Position numbers and translations under genes: made by a program. A stretch of 64,000 bases of DNA, from NCBI GenBank assembly GCA_004764695.1, contig SMSO01000025.1:3286001-3350000 (forward strand), in the 5' to 3' direction. The notes under the pieces are model-generated. The model was given only the letters and a program-made list of their open reading frames with translations. It ran no database searches and was not told the origin of the DNA. Shown here in pieces: positions 47,131-57,855 of this stretch (within the stretch, counting starts at the first letter, position 1; each line of letters opens with the position of its first letter). Source of the DNA: Schizochytrium sp. TIO01 (lineage: Eukaryota; Protista; Bigyra: Labyrinthulomycetes).

Positions 47131-48207
47131 TCATGCAGACTTGAGTCGCTTGTTGACATGATCAGTTTGTACAGCTGACTCAACAGGGGATGAGCTAATG
47201 TTATTCTCTGATGACGAACCGGGCTTATCCATCCCAATACAGGCGTCCACATGTTTTCGCTTCTTTAGTGAGTCTTCAGCCTGTGCGCATTCATTAGAAC
47301 TGCTACTGCTTTTTCCAGACGCAGTGTTTGACATGGGTAAATCCTCGGATGTAGTGTTGGGAACAGTGGTTGCGTGTTCCAACGTTTGTGCGGCAGAGCC
47401 TGAGCAAGACATATCATCAAGATTACGAGGCTCGCCACCTCCATCTGTCTCATCATCATCACCCATGTTCCATGTCTCTCCGTCCTCCTCATCAGAGTAT
47501 ACGTATTCAATCTCCTCTTCCTCCTCATCATTGTTTGCAACATAATTCTGAGCGCAATTATTTTCACTTGAAGCGTCACGTTGGGATGAAGACGTTGATG
47601 TCGCAGAATTTGAGTTCCCTAATTCTCCTCTCTTGGCTTTACTGTTCTCTTCTTCTGTTGGAGCTGAATATGAGGAAGCTACCACAGGAGCGATGAAGTC
47701 ATCAGGCACTGATCGCTTTGAGTCGGTCGCATTCCTGGCACACTTCTGATTAAAAGCTTCACGATTTCTTATCCACTCCTGAGCTGCATATTGGTTGGCG
47801 GGATCATTTACATTGGGGTCAGACAGGAGGGAAACCACAGAAAGAAGAGCCTGCTCAGCACCGAGTACAGGGCGCCAGTATTCGCTCGAATGTTCAGGAG
47901 GCGAGCCGCGAGGCGGGCACTGCAGGGTAGAGATGCAGACCTTCCCGTCACGATAAATATTTGGGTGATACATCTGACAAGTGAATTGAATTGAAGGTGG
48001 TTCCATCGGGTATGACTCAGGAAACCGCATCAGCGCGCGGTAGATTCCACCCTCAAAGGAGGTGCCAGGCGGACCAATGATGAACACCACCCAGTTTGAG
48101 ATATCATCGCCAACGCAGTCATGCACCTGAAAGTAGTTTGAACGAGGTTTGCGCCGCAGACTGGCGTATTCACGAGCTATCAAAGACACACCAGAACCTT
48201 TCGGCAT
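47131..48207 (-). CDS. Ubiquitin-conjugating enzyme E2, Cdc34/UBE2R-UBE2G (family 3) like, with acidic C-terminal extension
   Basis: GPPGTSFEGG, FPESYPMEPP, HPNIYRDGKVCISTL (catalytic Cys), loop insertion before EYWRP, DPNVNDPAN. Acidic tail DEEEEEIEYVYSDEED and basic NLS-like KKRKH...KRLK. Confidence 0.92.
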   Translation of the reverse strand: MPKGSGVSLIAREYASLRRKPRSNYFQVHDCVGDDISNWVVFIIGPPGTSFEGGIYRALMRFPESYPMEPPSIQFTCQMYHPNIYRDGKVCISTLQCPPRGSPPEHSSEYWRPVLGAEQALLSVVSLLSDPNVNDPANQYAAQEWIRNREAFNQKCARNATDSKRSVPDDFIAPVVASSYSAPTEEENSKAKRGELGNSNSATSTSSSQRDASSENNCAQNYVANNDEEEEEIEYVYSDEEDGETWNMGDDDETDGGGEPRNLDDMSCSGSAAQTLEHATTVPNTTSEDLPMSNTASGKSSSSSNECAQAEDSLKKRKHVDACIGMDKPGSSSENNISSSPVESAVQTDHVNKRLKSA

Positions 48208-49242
48208 TTTCCAATTATATCAAAACAGCAGTAACACAGACAACAACAACCAAGTGCACGAAACTCGCAATCTAAAACTCAGGACCGTATGCAGATGTTT
48301 CTTCAGAATCCACACAAGATTCTAACGAAGACAGAGCTAAACAAACTAAAACGATAATAAGGAAGTCAGCGGATTAATCGTGGTGCCAAATACGAAAATA
48401 AGCTTCGGAACGCTTTCAAGCTGAGTCAAGACTCAGCCTAGAACTAGTGCCTCACAACGCACGCCAGTAGAACAAGCGTCGCACGGGAATCAATACAATT
48501 CTCGAGCACGCAGAGGCTAAGCTAGAGCTCAACAGCTGCAGTAGCTGGCGTCAAAAGCGGGCGACAATCCCTTGATGAGGAGAACGAAACTGCGTTTTGA
48601 CAGCCTGCTCCTCCAAGGCAAACCAACAGGCGCAACGGGCGGTACGAAGGCGTACTGACCGGCTCGAGGAGGTCTTGTGATTTGTGATATTGGATGAGGT
48701 CCGCTGACCGGGCGACGTGATGCTCAAGCGGTGCGTGAGTCACGTCTGAGCAGCAGGCGGAAGAGGGACTGTGCTCTTTATTTCGGGCTTGGCTGGCGGA
48801 GTTCGAGAGGGGGGTTTAAGCTTCCACTTTCACTTCTTACCACTGCCCACTGCAGAGTTCCCGAGATGTTTCCCTCCGACTACACTGAAGTTCTTCGGAG
48901 GTAGTGTTGTTCGAGAACATCACCTTCTTAAGAGAAGAAGTTTTGTGACTGCTCCACTGAGATTCTATTGGGAGGGAAAAGGTTTTTTAAGTCTCAGTGG
49001 GTGAGAGGGTAGAAGTGTATTAGAAGGGCGCGCGCTCTTCTTCAGGAGTCTTGGTAGCTGGTTCTAGTACCTATGGTAGCGTCGAACGAGCTAGCACATT
49101 GACGCAGTTTCGGAGAAGCTGTGATGTGAGATAGAGGAAAAGTATTTGCATGTTTCAGAAAGGTTTCACATAACCTGAGAATGGAACCCTGTGCTTGCCA
49201 GATTCAAGTATTGTTGGTAAGGAATTATGACATATTATAGTG

Positions 49243-50226
49243 TTATTCTGTAATCTCCTTCTCCTTCTGCTCCTTTGATGAGATTTCAGAAGACTTTGAT
49301 TCGTCATCTTCACCAATAGCTTGGTCCAAAAGAGAAGCAATATCTTCGGTGGTCTCATCTGATGGGGAATTTGTGCTGGGACCTGTTTTGCTAACAGAGT
49401 TCCTGGGACCTTGAGGATTTGAAGAATCTTCCGAAGCTGGGTTCACATGCCCCGCTTCAAGAGTATGACCACCATTGCGAACTTGACGCTTAGCGCTGAT
49501 TTTTGCGATTACGCGGGCGTGGGCAGATTGTCGAAGAACAAAAGCAGAATTTGGTTGCAAAGATATAGAACCTGATGCGATTGAGCGTGATGCCAAAGAT
49601 GATTTAACTGAAGAAATAGAAGTCGTAGCGGATACTGCAATCGGTGGTGGTAGCGCTGGTCCTGGGCCGTAGCTGACTTGGGGTCCCGGAGACTTCCATG
49701 CGAGGGCATCGGGGAGAGGTTCTACTTTGAGATTTTCAAATCGAATTCGTGCTAGTTTCTCTTTGGCTCTTTGTTGAAATTGCTCTGTAGAAGGTAGTTT
49801 TGATTCTCGAATTCGTTTCTGCATAAGGGCCGCAGCGCTTTGTTTCTTATTTGCATCGGGTAATACCGACCCTTGGCTCGCACTTTTGGAGAGAACTGGG
49901 TCTAAAACATCCAAAAACTGTCCACATGCAGAGTAACTATAGCCCGACGGCCTGGCTAAAACTGACTTCGTTGCTTTAAGTTTAATCTTGCGCTGCTGCG
50001 AAGGAGATAATTGTTGAACATATCGCTCGTATCTGGCGCCTAACTCTTCTGGATTATCAAAGACCCACCAATTTGCTGGGTCATCTGCAGCTCCGAGAGG
50101 ATAATCTTCATCCTGATCCTCTGTAAAGTCGGCCTTGTAATTAATCTCTTTGAAGGTGGCTGCTTGCTGTTTTGACTCACCAGAGTCTTGCAGTTTACTT
50201 TCTGCAAAACGTGTTGCACGAGTCAT
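49243..50226 (-). CDS. Hypothetical protein, 327 aa
   Basis: ATG-initiated, non-repetitive 327-codon ORF, not antisense to another gene, with protein-like composition. No domain recognised. Confidence 0.65.
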   Translation of the reverse strand: MTRATRFAESKLQDSGESKQQAATFKEINYKADFTEDQDEDYPLGAADDPANWWVFDNPEELGARYERYVQQLSPSQQRKIKLKATKSVLARPSGYSYSACGQFLDVLDPVLSKSASQGSVLPDANKKQSAAALMQKRIRESKLPSTEQFQQRAKEKLARIRFENLKVEPLPDALAWKSPGPQVSYGPGPALPPPIAVSATTSISSVKSSLASRSIASGSISLQPNSAFVLRQSAHARVIAKISAKRQVRNGGHTLEAGHVNPASEDSSNPQGPRNSVSKTGPSTNSPSDETTEDIASLLDQAIGEDDESKSSEISSKEQKEKEITE

Positions 50227-50807
50227 TGCCCGTAGAAACTAACTGCAACTACTTTTACGGCTCGCCGATACGTATTCACCTGAAGTTATCCTGCTTGATA
50301 GAACCCCATTTGATCTTGCTTTTACCAATACTTGCAATACAATATCGTGCATGATACAACTCAGAAATCGCTTTAAACGGACCTATCAATACAATTAGAG
50401 TCTTTCATGACCATAGTTAAATTAGTAGTAGACATGAAAGCGCTAATAGTTGTAATACAAGTAAACTATTTTTTTTTTTAATTAGTAATAACTGTATTTT
50501 CAAGGAACGTATAATTTTTAAAAAGGAGCCGAAGTTTCTTTTGAAGCGAGCTCGCCAAGTTAATTTTCTAGACATGGAGTATTAGCTATAGGGCATGGCC
50601 CTTTGGCATTTCAATAAATCTGTCTTCATGAATGGAAGGATATAAAAGGTAGGTAGGTACTGCCCATATCTGAGGAGGGAGGTAAGTAAGTACCTATTAT
50701 AAGTTGATCTGTGTATATTGGGATCATATCTTGAACTGCCTCCTGAGTAGCAGCAATATTTTGGAGAAGGAAAGTGCCTGTGAAAGATTTCTGACAATGT
50801 GGAAACG

Positions 50808-51216
50808 ATGAGCAATAAGGCCCCAGCAGCACCACGTGGAGAGCAAGTCCTTTCAAGACAACATTCGATTCTTCCAGCCGGTGGTCGAGAGATCACTGCA
50901 CTTAAAATTGAGCATTTTGATGCCATGGAAGAGCCTGTCTATGGCGAGCTGACTATTCGAAATAAGAAAGTTAGACTCAACTTTGATGACGCTTCTTTTC
51001 TTTTTTTCTTTTTTTTCACAGGCCTTGGCTTTGTACTCACCGTTGAAGATTTGGGAGATTAAGAGGGACCTTGAATTTGCAGCCACAGTTGAGAGAATTG
51101 GTAAAATCAGCAATACTCGCATTCCAGACACGTTGAACGGCGAGGTGCCTATTCGGCATGATCGCCAACTTGCTCAGCTTAGTAAGCAAGTATGGAAGTT
51201 GACACACGAAGAATGA
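50808..51216 (+). pseudogene. Candidate small spliced gene or decayed gene fragment (exon to 50969, 52-nt intron 50970-51021, exon from 51022)
   Basis: A phase-0 GT donor at 50970 and a long polypyrimidine tract with CACAG acceptor at 51021 join two track ORFs in frame (...GELTIRNKK|ALALYSPLKIWE...). In-frame stops flank it closely on both sides. No homology recognised. Confidence 0.35.
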
Positions 51217-52334
51217 ATGAATTTCAAGGGTCACGAGAGCGACGAGATTTGAAGTATATACGACTCAAATTATTGTCCCGGCACATCAAGTTTGATTCAT
51301 TGATTTAGCACCAAGTGACAAGGTAACATGCTCAAACTTTAACATCGTATTGTACACTTCAAGAACTAGGAGAATTGCCACCAGACAGAGTTGCACTAGT
51401 GCACTCTGCGGCACGGGCTTCAATCCTTTGAAATTTGTCAGCGTTTCCGACGACAATTGATGGGGCAGGAACTCAAACGATTCATCAACTCAAAAAGTCA
51501 ATCTGCTTAACTATCATGATAGACCAATACAGTCGGCCTCAATCTAATAAGTGCAGCCCCATACAGGGTTTTACATCTCGCGGCGCATGCCCTTAGGACT
51601 GTAACCAGCCCTGCCAAAGTTAAAATTATATTGGACAGGTTTCCTTCACTTGACATTCAGCAAGTCATTGTGCAAGATTCCACAGCTACCGGACCCAAGC
51701 AGCAATTGAAAGCTGCTTTAAGCTTTTAAATTCGAGAGAGGACACGAACGGGTTTAACTTAAATATTTTACTTGAAGCAGTCTCATGAGTTCGCATTTCA
51801 ACCCTGCATTCGATGCGACCCACAGGCCGCTACGTGGTCTACAGAGCAGCCTCAATAGCACGCTGTCAAAGCGTGCTGATGTCTGAATGGTTTCGGCTGG
51901 CGTGGCAGTATTTGCTTGGGCCCAAAGCAGACTCCTTGAACTGATTTCTCTTAGCAAACATGCCAATGGGTTCGATCTTATCCATTGCCTTAACAATGCT
52001 AAAATGTTATTGACCCTGTTCGAGTAGCTGAATAAGCTAGATCTCACCCCGCCACTACTTGGAAGAGAGTTCACAACCATCAACTAGATGAGGGTCTTCG
52101 TTACTTTCAGTGGATTCACGTCCTGAAAATTCGTACTAACCAATTAAAATGGTAAGTTAAATTCATTTCTTCCACCTTCATAATTTACTTGATCTCCAAA
52201 CGATCGATAAGCACAGAGTCGAGAAAAGGATTCAAAGAGGAAGCATTGGATACAATATAGTTCTATTGGTTTTGGGGGAAAAGCAAAATGACATTTACAC
52301 CAATTTGGCAGGAAGGTATCAAAAGTAAGTAAAC

Positions 52335-53573
52335 CTAAGCAGAGAGGTCAACAAGAAGCTCCTGCTCATGTTTGAGGTTTTGCTTACTCTCCCGTCGCTC
52401 TTGCTTTGTTGCCCGGGTAATCCGGTAGCCACACTTCCAGCAATAGTTTGCTTCGACAGGGCCACGTGTTCGGCATGACGGGCATCGGGGTTTGGTGTCA
52501 CGAATACCCCATTTTGCTGAGGCTGTTGTGGCAATAGGCGAGGCCGCGCTGGAATCCGCATTTAATACGTGCCGCTTAATAGGTCTCCGAACAACTTTTG
52601 TTGGCTCAAAGACGATACGTACTGGACGACCTGCATCACGGACAATTGCTGCAATTTGTGCGAAATCTAGTTTTCGACAATCATGGACTCTCCATTTCTG
52701 TGACTTCGAAGCGCGAGCTTTCCTAGTATCGCTGCTAGCTTCGTCCTCTTCACTACTGTTGCTGCTATCACTATCACTATTATCGTCGTCATCGTCGTCA
52801 TCATCATCAATAAAACCGGTGTGGCCATGATAGCTCTGCCCTGGTTGTACAATTGACTTTACTTCGAGGAGACGGTCTCCAAGGGAGATCGGTTTTAAAG
52901 TCTCGGGATCGCCACCGTCCATGAATTGTGACACTACAACAATCCCGTGCACATTACCAACGTTGAGGCCAAGGAATTTCTCATGAAACTCAACCTCGTA
53001 CGGTTCGCCGCAAACCTCGAGCTCGCCATCTTCGCCAAGCTGTGAGAAGATGGTTTCACGGTCTCGCGACGGAAATTTTGGAATTATCAAAGGTTGGAAA
53101 TCCACAAACATAGGCCTTTCGGCTTCCGCAATAAGACGCAATAGTTCACGCATGGAAAGATTTAGGCAGCTGCGGCCTGCCACGGCCACAACCTGGTGAC
53201 CTACTTCTATAACCCCACTTCGTTTGGCCTGGCCAGGTTCGCCGCTAGAGTTATTCTCTAAAGCTGTCACAAGCACACGAGGACCAACATCAGCGAGCTG
53301 CAGCCCTAGAGGGCCTTTTTGGAATTCAACACGAACGGTTTTGCCGCAAGCTTGCATGAGTGGTTCTCGTTTGATGAGCGAGGCTACTTGAATCTGGGTT
53401 TTCAAAGACATGTGCGTGAGCGGTTTGTTGATTACCTGGAAATCATCATCCTCGAATTCACCTTTAGGGCTCCCAAATTTTTCAGTTTCATGTTTAAGAG
53501 AGGCCGTGGATTTATCTTGGAGATCGCTGCTTGAGCTACGCGTGAGCCGCGTGGTCTCCAGGTCGTGGTCCAT
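52335..53573 (-). CDS. Protein with two PDZ-like domains and a C-terminal C4 zinc ribbon
   Basis: PDZ carboxylate-loop motifs VEFQKGPLGLQL...GQAKRSGVIEVGHQVVAVAG and VEFHEKFLGLNV...ISLGDRLLEV; CPSC-x10-CWKCG. First ATG is 53573. Confidence 0.82.
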   Translation of the reverse strand: MDHDLETTRLTRSSSSDLQDKSTASLKHETEKFGSPKGEFEDDDFQVINKPLTHMSLKTQIQVASLIKREPLMQACGKTVRVEFQKGPLGLQLADVGPRVLVTALENNSSGEPGQAKRSGVIEVGHQVVAVAGRSCLNLSMRELLRLIAEAERPMFVDFQPLIIPKFPSRDRETIFSQLGEDGELEVCGEPYEVEFHEKFLGLNVGNVHGIVVVSQFMDGGDPETLKPISLGDRLLEVKSIVQPGQSYHGHTGFIDDDDDDDDDNSDSDSSNSSEEDEASSDTRKARASKSQKWRVHDCRKLDFAQIAAIVRDAGRPVRIVFEPTKVVRRPIKRHVLNADSSAASPIATTASAKWGIRDTKPRCPSCRTRGPVEANYCWKCGYRITRATKQERRESKQNLKHEQELLVDLSA

Positions 53574-54293
53574 CGGCCCAGCCTCTGAAGTCACTCGCCG
53601 ATGAGCTGGTGGAAACAGTTGGAAATTGAACACAAAGAAAGGAAGGGGCCACGCCGAGAAGGCCTTGGGAGATCGAACAGTTGGCCGCGGGCGCCAGCAG
53701 AGCGCCCGGTATTCAGGCTTGTCACCAATCTATCAAGCCTAAACGTTTTAGCAATCTCGATCAATCGTTGTCTTTATTTTTTAAGTGATGATATTCTGCC
53801 TCACAAAGATAAGGTTAAATAGGACATATTATATGTTGGATTTGTAACATTATTAAGTTAGTACGGTAAACAGGTAGTGCTAACCTCCGTTATTTCGGTC
53901 GATAGTTGGTAAGTAGCTTTTGAACAGAATTCTATGCTTCCAATGCGCAAGCAAAGCGCAAGCAGATTTGAGGCACCTTATTGTACATACCGTGTGCGAC
54001 AGCTTATTTGGTATAAACGAAAACATGCACTTTAAAAAAAGAGGTAATAGTTCATATCTTCAGCTACATAACCAATGAGCATTTAAGTAAAGTTGGAGTG
54101 CAAAGTGTTACATATTCTGAAAACATGGGTCGCCATCTTCGCAAGCAAAACAGAACAAAATACTGAGGAAGATTATGGTCATATGAAGGGGTTGTAGCTC
54201 GCTGGAAGCTGGTAGGATTCAGGATAGAACTGCGATATACTTTTGTAGCCCGAAAGCAGGGGTTTCTGATGGTTAAATTTCAAGTGCATAAAG

Positions 54294-57164
54294 TTAGAGT
54301 TTATTCTCGAGAGAACTAGCCGAGATGGCACCATCCTCGGGTGAGGACTTTGAAGGAAGGATCTGGGGCCCAAAACATGCAAGTAATGCGGGCAAAAATG
54401 TGTTGCTCGTGGCCAATGAGAATAAAACCACCTCCAAGAGAAATTTACCGAAAAGTCCCAAATACTGAATTTCACATAATGTCAGAGCAGCCGCAGCAAC
54501 TGCTGTTGTGATCGCCCCAGACAGGACACTGACACTAATACGTGTGTATGCAATGCGTGTACGCAACAACCTTGAAGCGATGACAGTACCATTCTCCAGC
54601 GTGATAAAATCGCCTTCCCTTGCGTTATCTGGAGATACTTCAGCTATAAGTTCTGCCTGCTCGGGCTCATACTCCATATAGGCAATCGCATAGTGTAAGG
54701 TGAAGTCAAAAGATAAACCCACCAAGGCAGTGATGCTTATTGCCTCCATGAAGCCGATTGATCCAATAGACAATTGCATCGTACCTAAGACGAGAGCCGC
54801 AACAAGAAGAATATTGCATGTTGCTAGTAGGCTGATGAGGATGTTGCGAGTCATGACTAAGAGACATACGAAACCAAAACCAACTCCAGCAGCAAGACCT
54901 GTGATTGCCGTACGAACGAGGGTTTCTTGCATGGTCAGAACAACAAAGTCATCAGAAACTACGAGTGCAGTACCAATTGATTCTGGGCCATTCGAAAATC
55001 GAGATGTAAGGTCTGACGCCAGAGAGCGAAAGGCACTCAACTTTGTATCTAATGCTGCTGATGTCGGTGCTGAAAGAACTACATCGATCATCATAAATTT
55101 GATTGGATTCGGCACCACCCCGCTTGAAGCAACGCCGTACATTGCACTTGAGTAATCAGATGCATCGTCATCTGTGTCATACCACTCTTCCAAAAAGTTT
55201 CGAGCGTCGGTGGAGTCGTTCACGGGAAAGGATTTATTTTGAGCTTCTAGCCAGGAATCAAAAGTCTGAATCCAGCATTCAACGCTCGCTTCTCCTGATG
55301 TAGATTCCCGAATAAAATCTGGTCGTGGTGTACTACTCAATCCACTGTATTCGTCACAAAGTGCCAGAAGTGCTTCCTGTGCGTTGGCTTCCAAAGGATC
55401 AAAACCTGTGCTATAGGAGAGTGTGCCATAGTCCAATGGGTCAAATGGTGAAGTTCCAGATCGATCGATTAGCTCAATTCCAAAAACAATCGGAGCAGTG
55501 TAGTATGCTCCGCTGGAGAAAATAAAGTCCTCTGATTTAAGATTGTTGACAATAGTCACTGGGTTGCTGTCATCAAATATGTCTTCAATTCGTTTCGTGC
55601 CCGGTGTGAATCGTGATGCACAGTAGGCAAATGACCCAGCAAGGGCAATTCCAATAGGTATAATAATCCAACGAATTCGAACAATTGTGGGAATGTAATA
55701 ATTTCGAAAGAAGCGTGAGACTCTTCCAAGCTTGGGAGCAGAAGAAGTTGCCACTGTAGCGCTATTGGTTTTATCTCTATCTGACACAGCAAATGGCCAG
55801 CACCAGCATAGACAGAGACAGGGCTTGTAAGGCTTCACAAAACGATCATGTACAACAATGAGACATGGGAAAATAGAAACCACCATCAGAAAGTTGATAA
55901 AGATCAGCACACCAGCGAAGACACCGAAAACCCGAATATTGATAATTTGCGTTATTGCAGTAACCAAAAAGGCTACAAATGTTGTGAGGCTTGTTACCAG
56001 CATAGCCCCAGCAGCTTTTTTAAAACTCCACACCATGCGATTGACCATTAGTTCCTTTTGTTCAGTCTCACTTAAGTCAGATGCTAAATTTTTTGCGAAT
56101 ATTACTGCGCTTTGCTGGAAAGCATCCCAGAAAATAAAAATATCATCTGTGCCAATACCCAACACCAGAAAAATCGCCAACACTTGCAGTGTACCGAAGT
56201 GATTAATTGTAAAAATAAAGCGATAAACGAAAAAGGAGGTTGGAAAGGAAAGCAGAATTTGAAGAAGGCCTGAAACACCCAGGAAGACAGATCGTGTGTG
56301 AAAACAAAGCATGACAACAACTACTGCAATAGCGGCACCTGCATAAGCACTGTCTGTAGCCAGCGTACGAAATGCAAAAAAGCTTGTAATATCAGTGAAG
56401 TCGAAATACATAGTTAAGTTGTTGTTGTTTTTTCGCTCTGGGAGAACTGTTTCGATCACAACATCTTCAATGGTGGAAGTAATTGTATCTTCTTGGTCAC
56501 TCTCATGATCTTCAACACTTGAGTACCCAGCCAGCGGCAAGCCACAGCGCACCCGTGAGCGAAGCATTGGGAGAACTAAAGAGTCAGTCGAGTTTGCGTC
56601 AATATCGAAATCTTTGCTAACGAAAAAACTTGCGGTGTCAACATGGTTAAGGAGTGCCTGTGCGAAGACATCTCGATCATAATCCTCGATGTTTTCAGGG
56701 AGATAAGTTGTAGCAGAGTATACTTCTTGACAGGAACCTGTTGTTGCATTCAAGAGGCAAATTTCCTGGATTTCTGAGAGTGCAAGAATGCTTTGTTCAA
56801 GGTCTCGAATGTAGTACAAATCTTGAGGGAAGTTTAAAAAGTCATACTCGGTGCGTTCTGACACCCAATACAAATCGAGTGACGAGTCTGCCTGAACAGT
56901 TCTTTCAGCAGCACCAGTGTTGTTTGTATTTGCTGCTTCAACTTCGGCGGCAGCTACTGTATAGGCATCGTATGCTCTGGCACTGTAGCTGTTGCGTACT
57001 GACCAACCTGCAAGGTCGTTTAGCTCAAAGTCAGTCATGCCGACAGCGGAGAAAACAACGGGTACAGCCAGCGCGCAAACGAGGAGTGCGCGCGGATGCT
57101 CTACCACAGCCCCCATGATCCACCGCGTTGAGCATGTTCTTCTGCATGATGATAGTCGTCCCAT
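54294..57164 (-). CDS. Dispatched/Patched-family RND sterol-sensing-domain transporter, paralogue 1
   Basis: RND topology (1 TM, luminal loop, 5 TM, repeated twice), TM4 LGIGTDDIFI, AMLVTSLTT, TM10 VGLSFDFTLHY, VLSGAITT. First ATG is 57164 (the track starts at GTG 57221). Confidence 0.9.
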   Translation of the reverse strand: MGRLSSCRRTCSTRWIMGAVVEHPRALLVCALAVPVVFSAVGMTDFELNDLAGWSVRNSYSARAYDAYTVAAAEVEAANTNNTGAAERTVQADSSLDLYWVSERTEYDFLNFPQDLYYIRDLEQSILALSEIQEICLLNATTGSCQEVYSATTYLPENIEDYDRDVFAQALLNHVDTASFFVSKDFDIDANSTDSLVLPMLRSRVRCGLPLAGYSSVEDHESDQEDTITSTIEDVVIETVLPERKNNNNLTMYFDFTDITSFFAFRTLATDSAYAGAAIAVVVVMLCFHTRSVFLGVSGLLQILLSFPTSFFVYRFIFTINHFGTLQVLAIFLVLGIGTDDIFIFWDAFQQSAVIFAKNLASDLSETEQKELMVNRMVWSFKKAAGAMLVTSLTTFVAFLVTAITQIINIRVFGVFAGVLIFINFLMVVSIFPCLIVVHDRFVKPYKPCLCLCWCWPFAVSDRDKTNSATVATSSAPKLGRVSRFFRNYYIPTIVRIRWIIIPIGIALAGSFAYCASRFTPGTKRIEDIFDDSNPVTIVNNLKSEDFIFSSGAYYTAPIVFGIELIDRSGTSPFDPLDYGTLSYSTGFDPLEANAQEALLALCDEYSGLSSTPRPDFIRESTSGEASVECWIQTFDSWLEAQNKSFPVNDSTDARNFLEEWYDTDDDASDYSSAMYGVASSGVVPNPIKFMMIDVVLSAPTSAALDTKLSAFRSLASDLTSRFSNGPESIGTALVVSDDFVVLTMQETLVRTAITGLAAGVGFGFVCLLVMTRNILISLLATCNILLVAALVLGTMQLSIGSIGFMEAISITALVGLSFDFTLHYAIAYMEYEPEQAELIAEVSPDNAREGDFITLENGTVIASRLLRTRIAYTRISVSVLSGAITTAVAAAALTLCEIQYLGLFGKFLLEVVLFSLATSNTFLPALLACFGPQILPSKSSPEDGAISASSLENKL

Positions 57165-57855
57165 TGACACGGGAGCACCAGAGACAAATGACCCACGCCT
57201 CGTGTGTTCAAGAACTGCCACTCTTTGGCTATTGCCTCTTCGCGCAAGGATGCAATAAGCTCACAATGATGTTATGATAAACTCATGGCACTACTTACAC
57301 CTGGACTACCTGCGAAGATGTTCATTGAATTTAAAAGTAGGTACTAGTTCAAAATTTCTGCATCGAAGAAAATGTTTAACAACTTGATCATTTTAATTAG
57401 AGTTAATTATAAGCTAGCTCCTAGCAGGCACGTGCAGTAAAGGTGTGCACGAACAAGTTGCGTGCTTAAAAGGTTTTCAGTGTGGAATATGGGCTTTAAG
57501 TAGTTATCATGATTCACGAAGGAAAATCTGCGAACTTGAATTATAAGAGTCTTGACTACGTACGTAGTACCTTTATACATCCCGAGTGCTCCAATACACC
57601 CAACCATATTGATGCCTCCAAGAAGTGACAGAGGTTGCAATCACGCTCATGGGTCAGAGGCTGGCTGGCCTTTGCCATCCTTTCAAAACATTGGAATAAA
57701 TCAATATAAAACAAGCGTAGAGTTTTATTGACTACAAAAATCTTCCTCAACAAGATATCATTTGATAGCGAAACAGGTCAAACTAGGTTAGAAAGCAAAA
57801 CAAAAACAAAATTTTATGCTTTTAAACAAACGAGCACTAAACATGGAGACCAGTT

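Noticed and set aside
54294-54305. C-terminal NKL of RND paralogue 1 as a peroxisomal PTS1
   Set aside because: PTS1 imports soluble matrix proteins, not multi-pass membrane proteins, and paralogue 2 lacks it.
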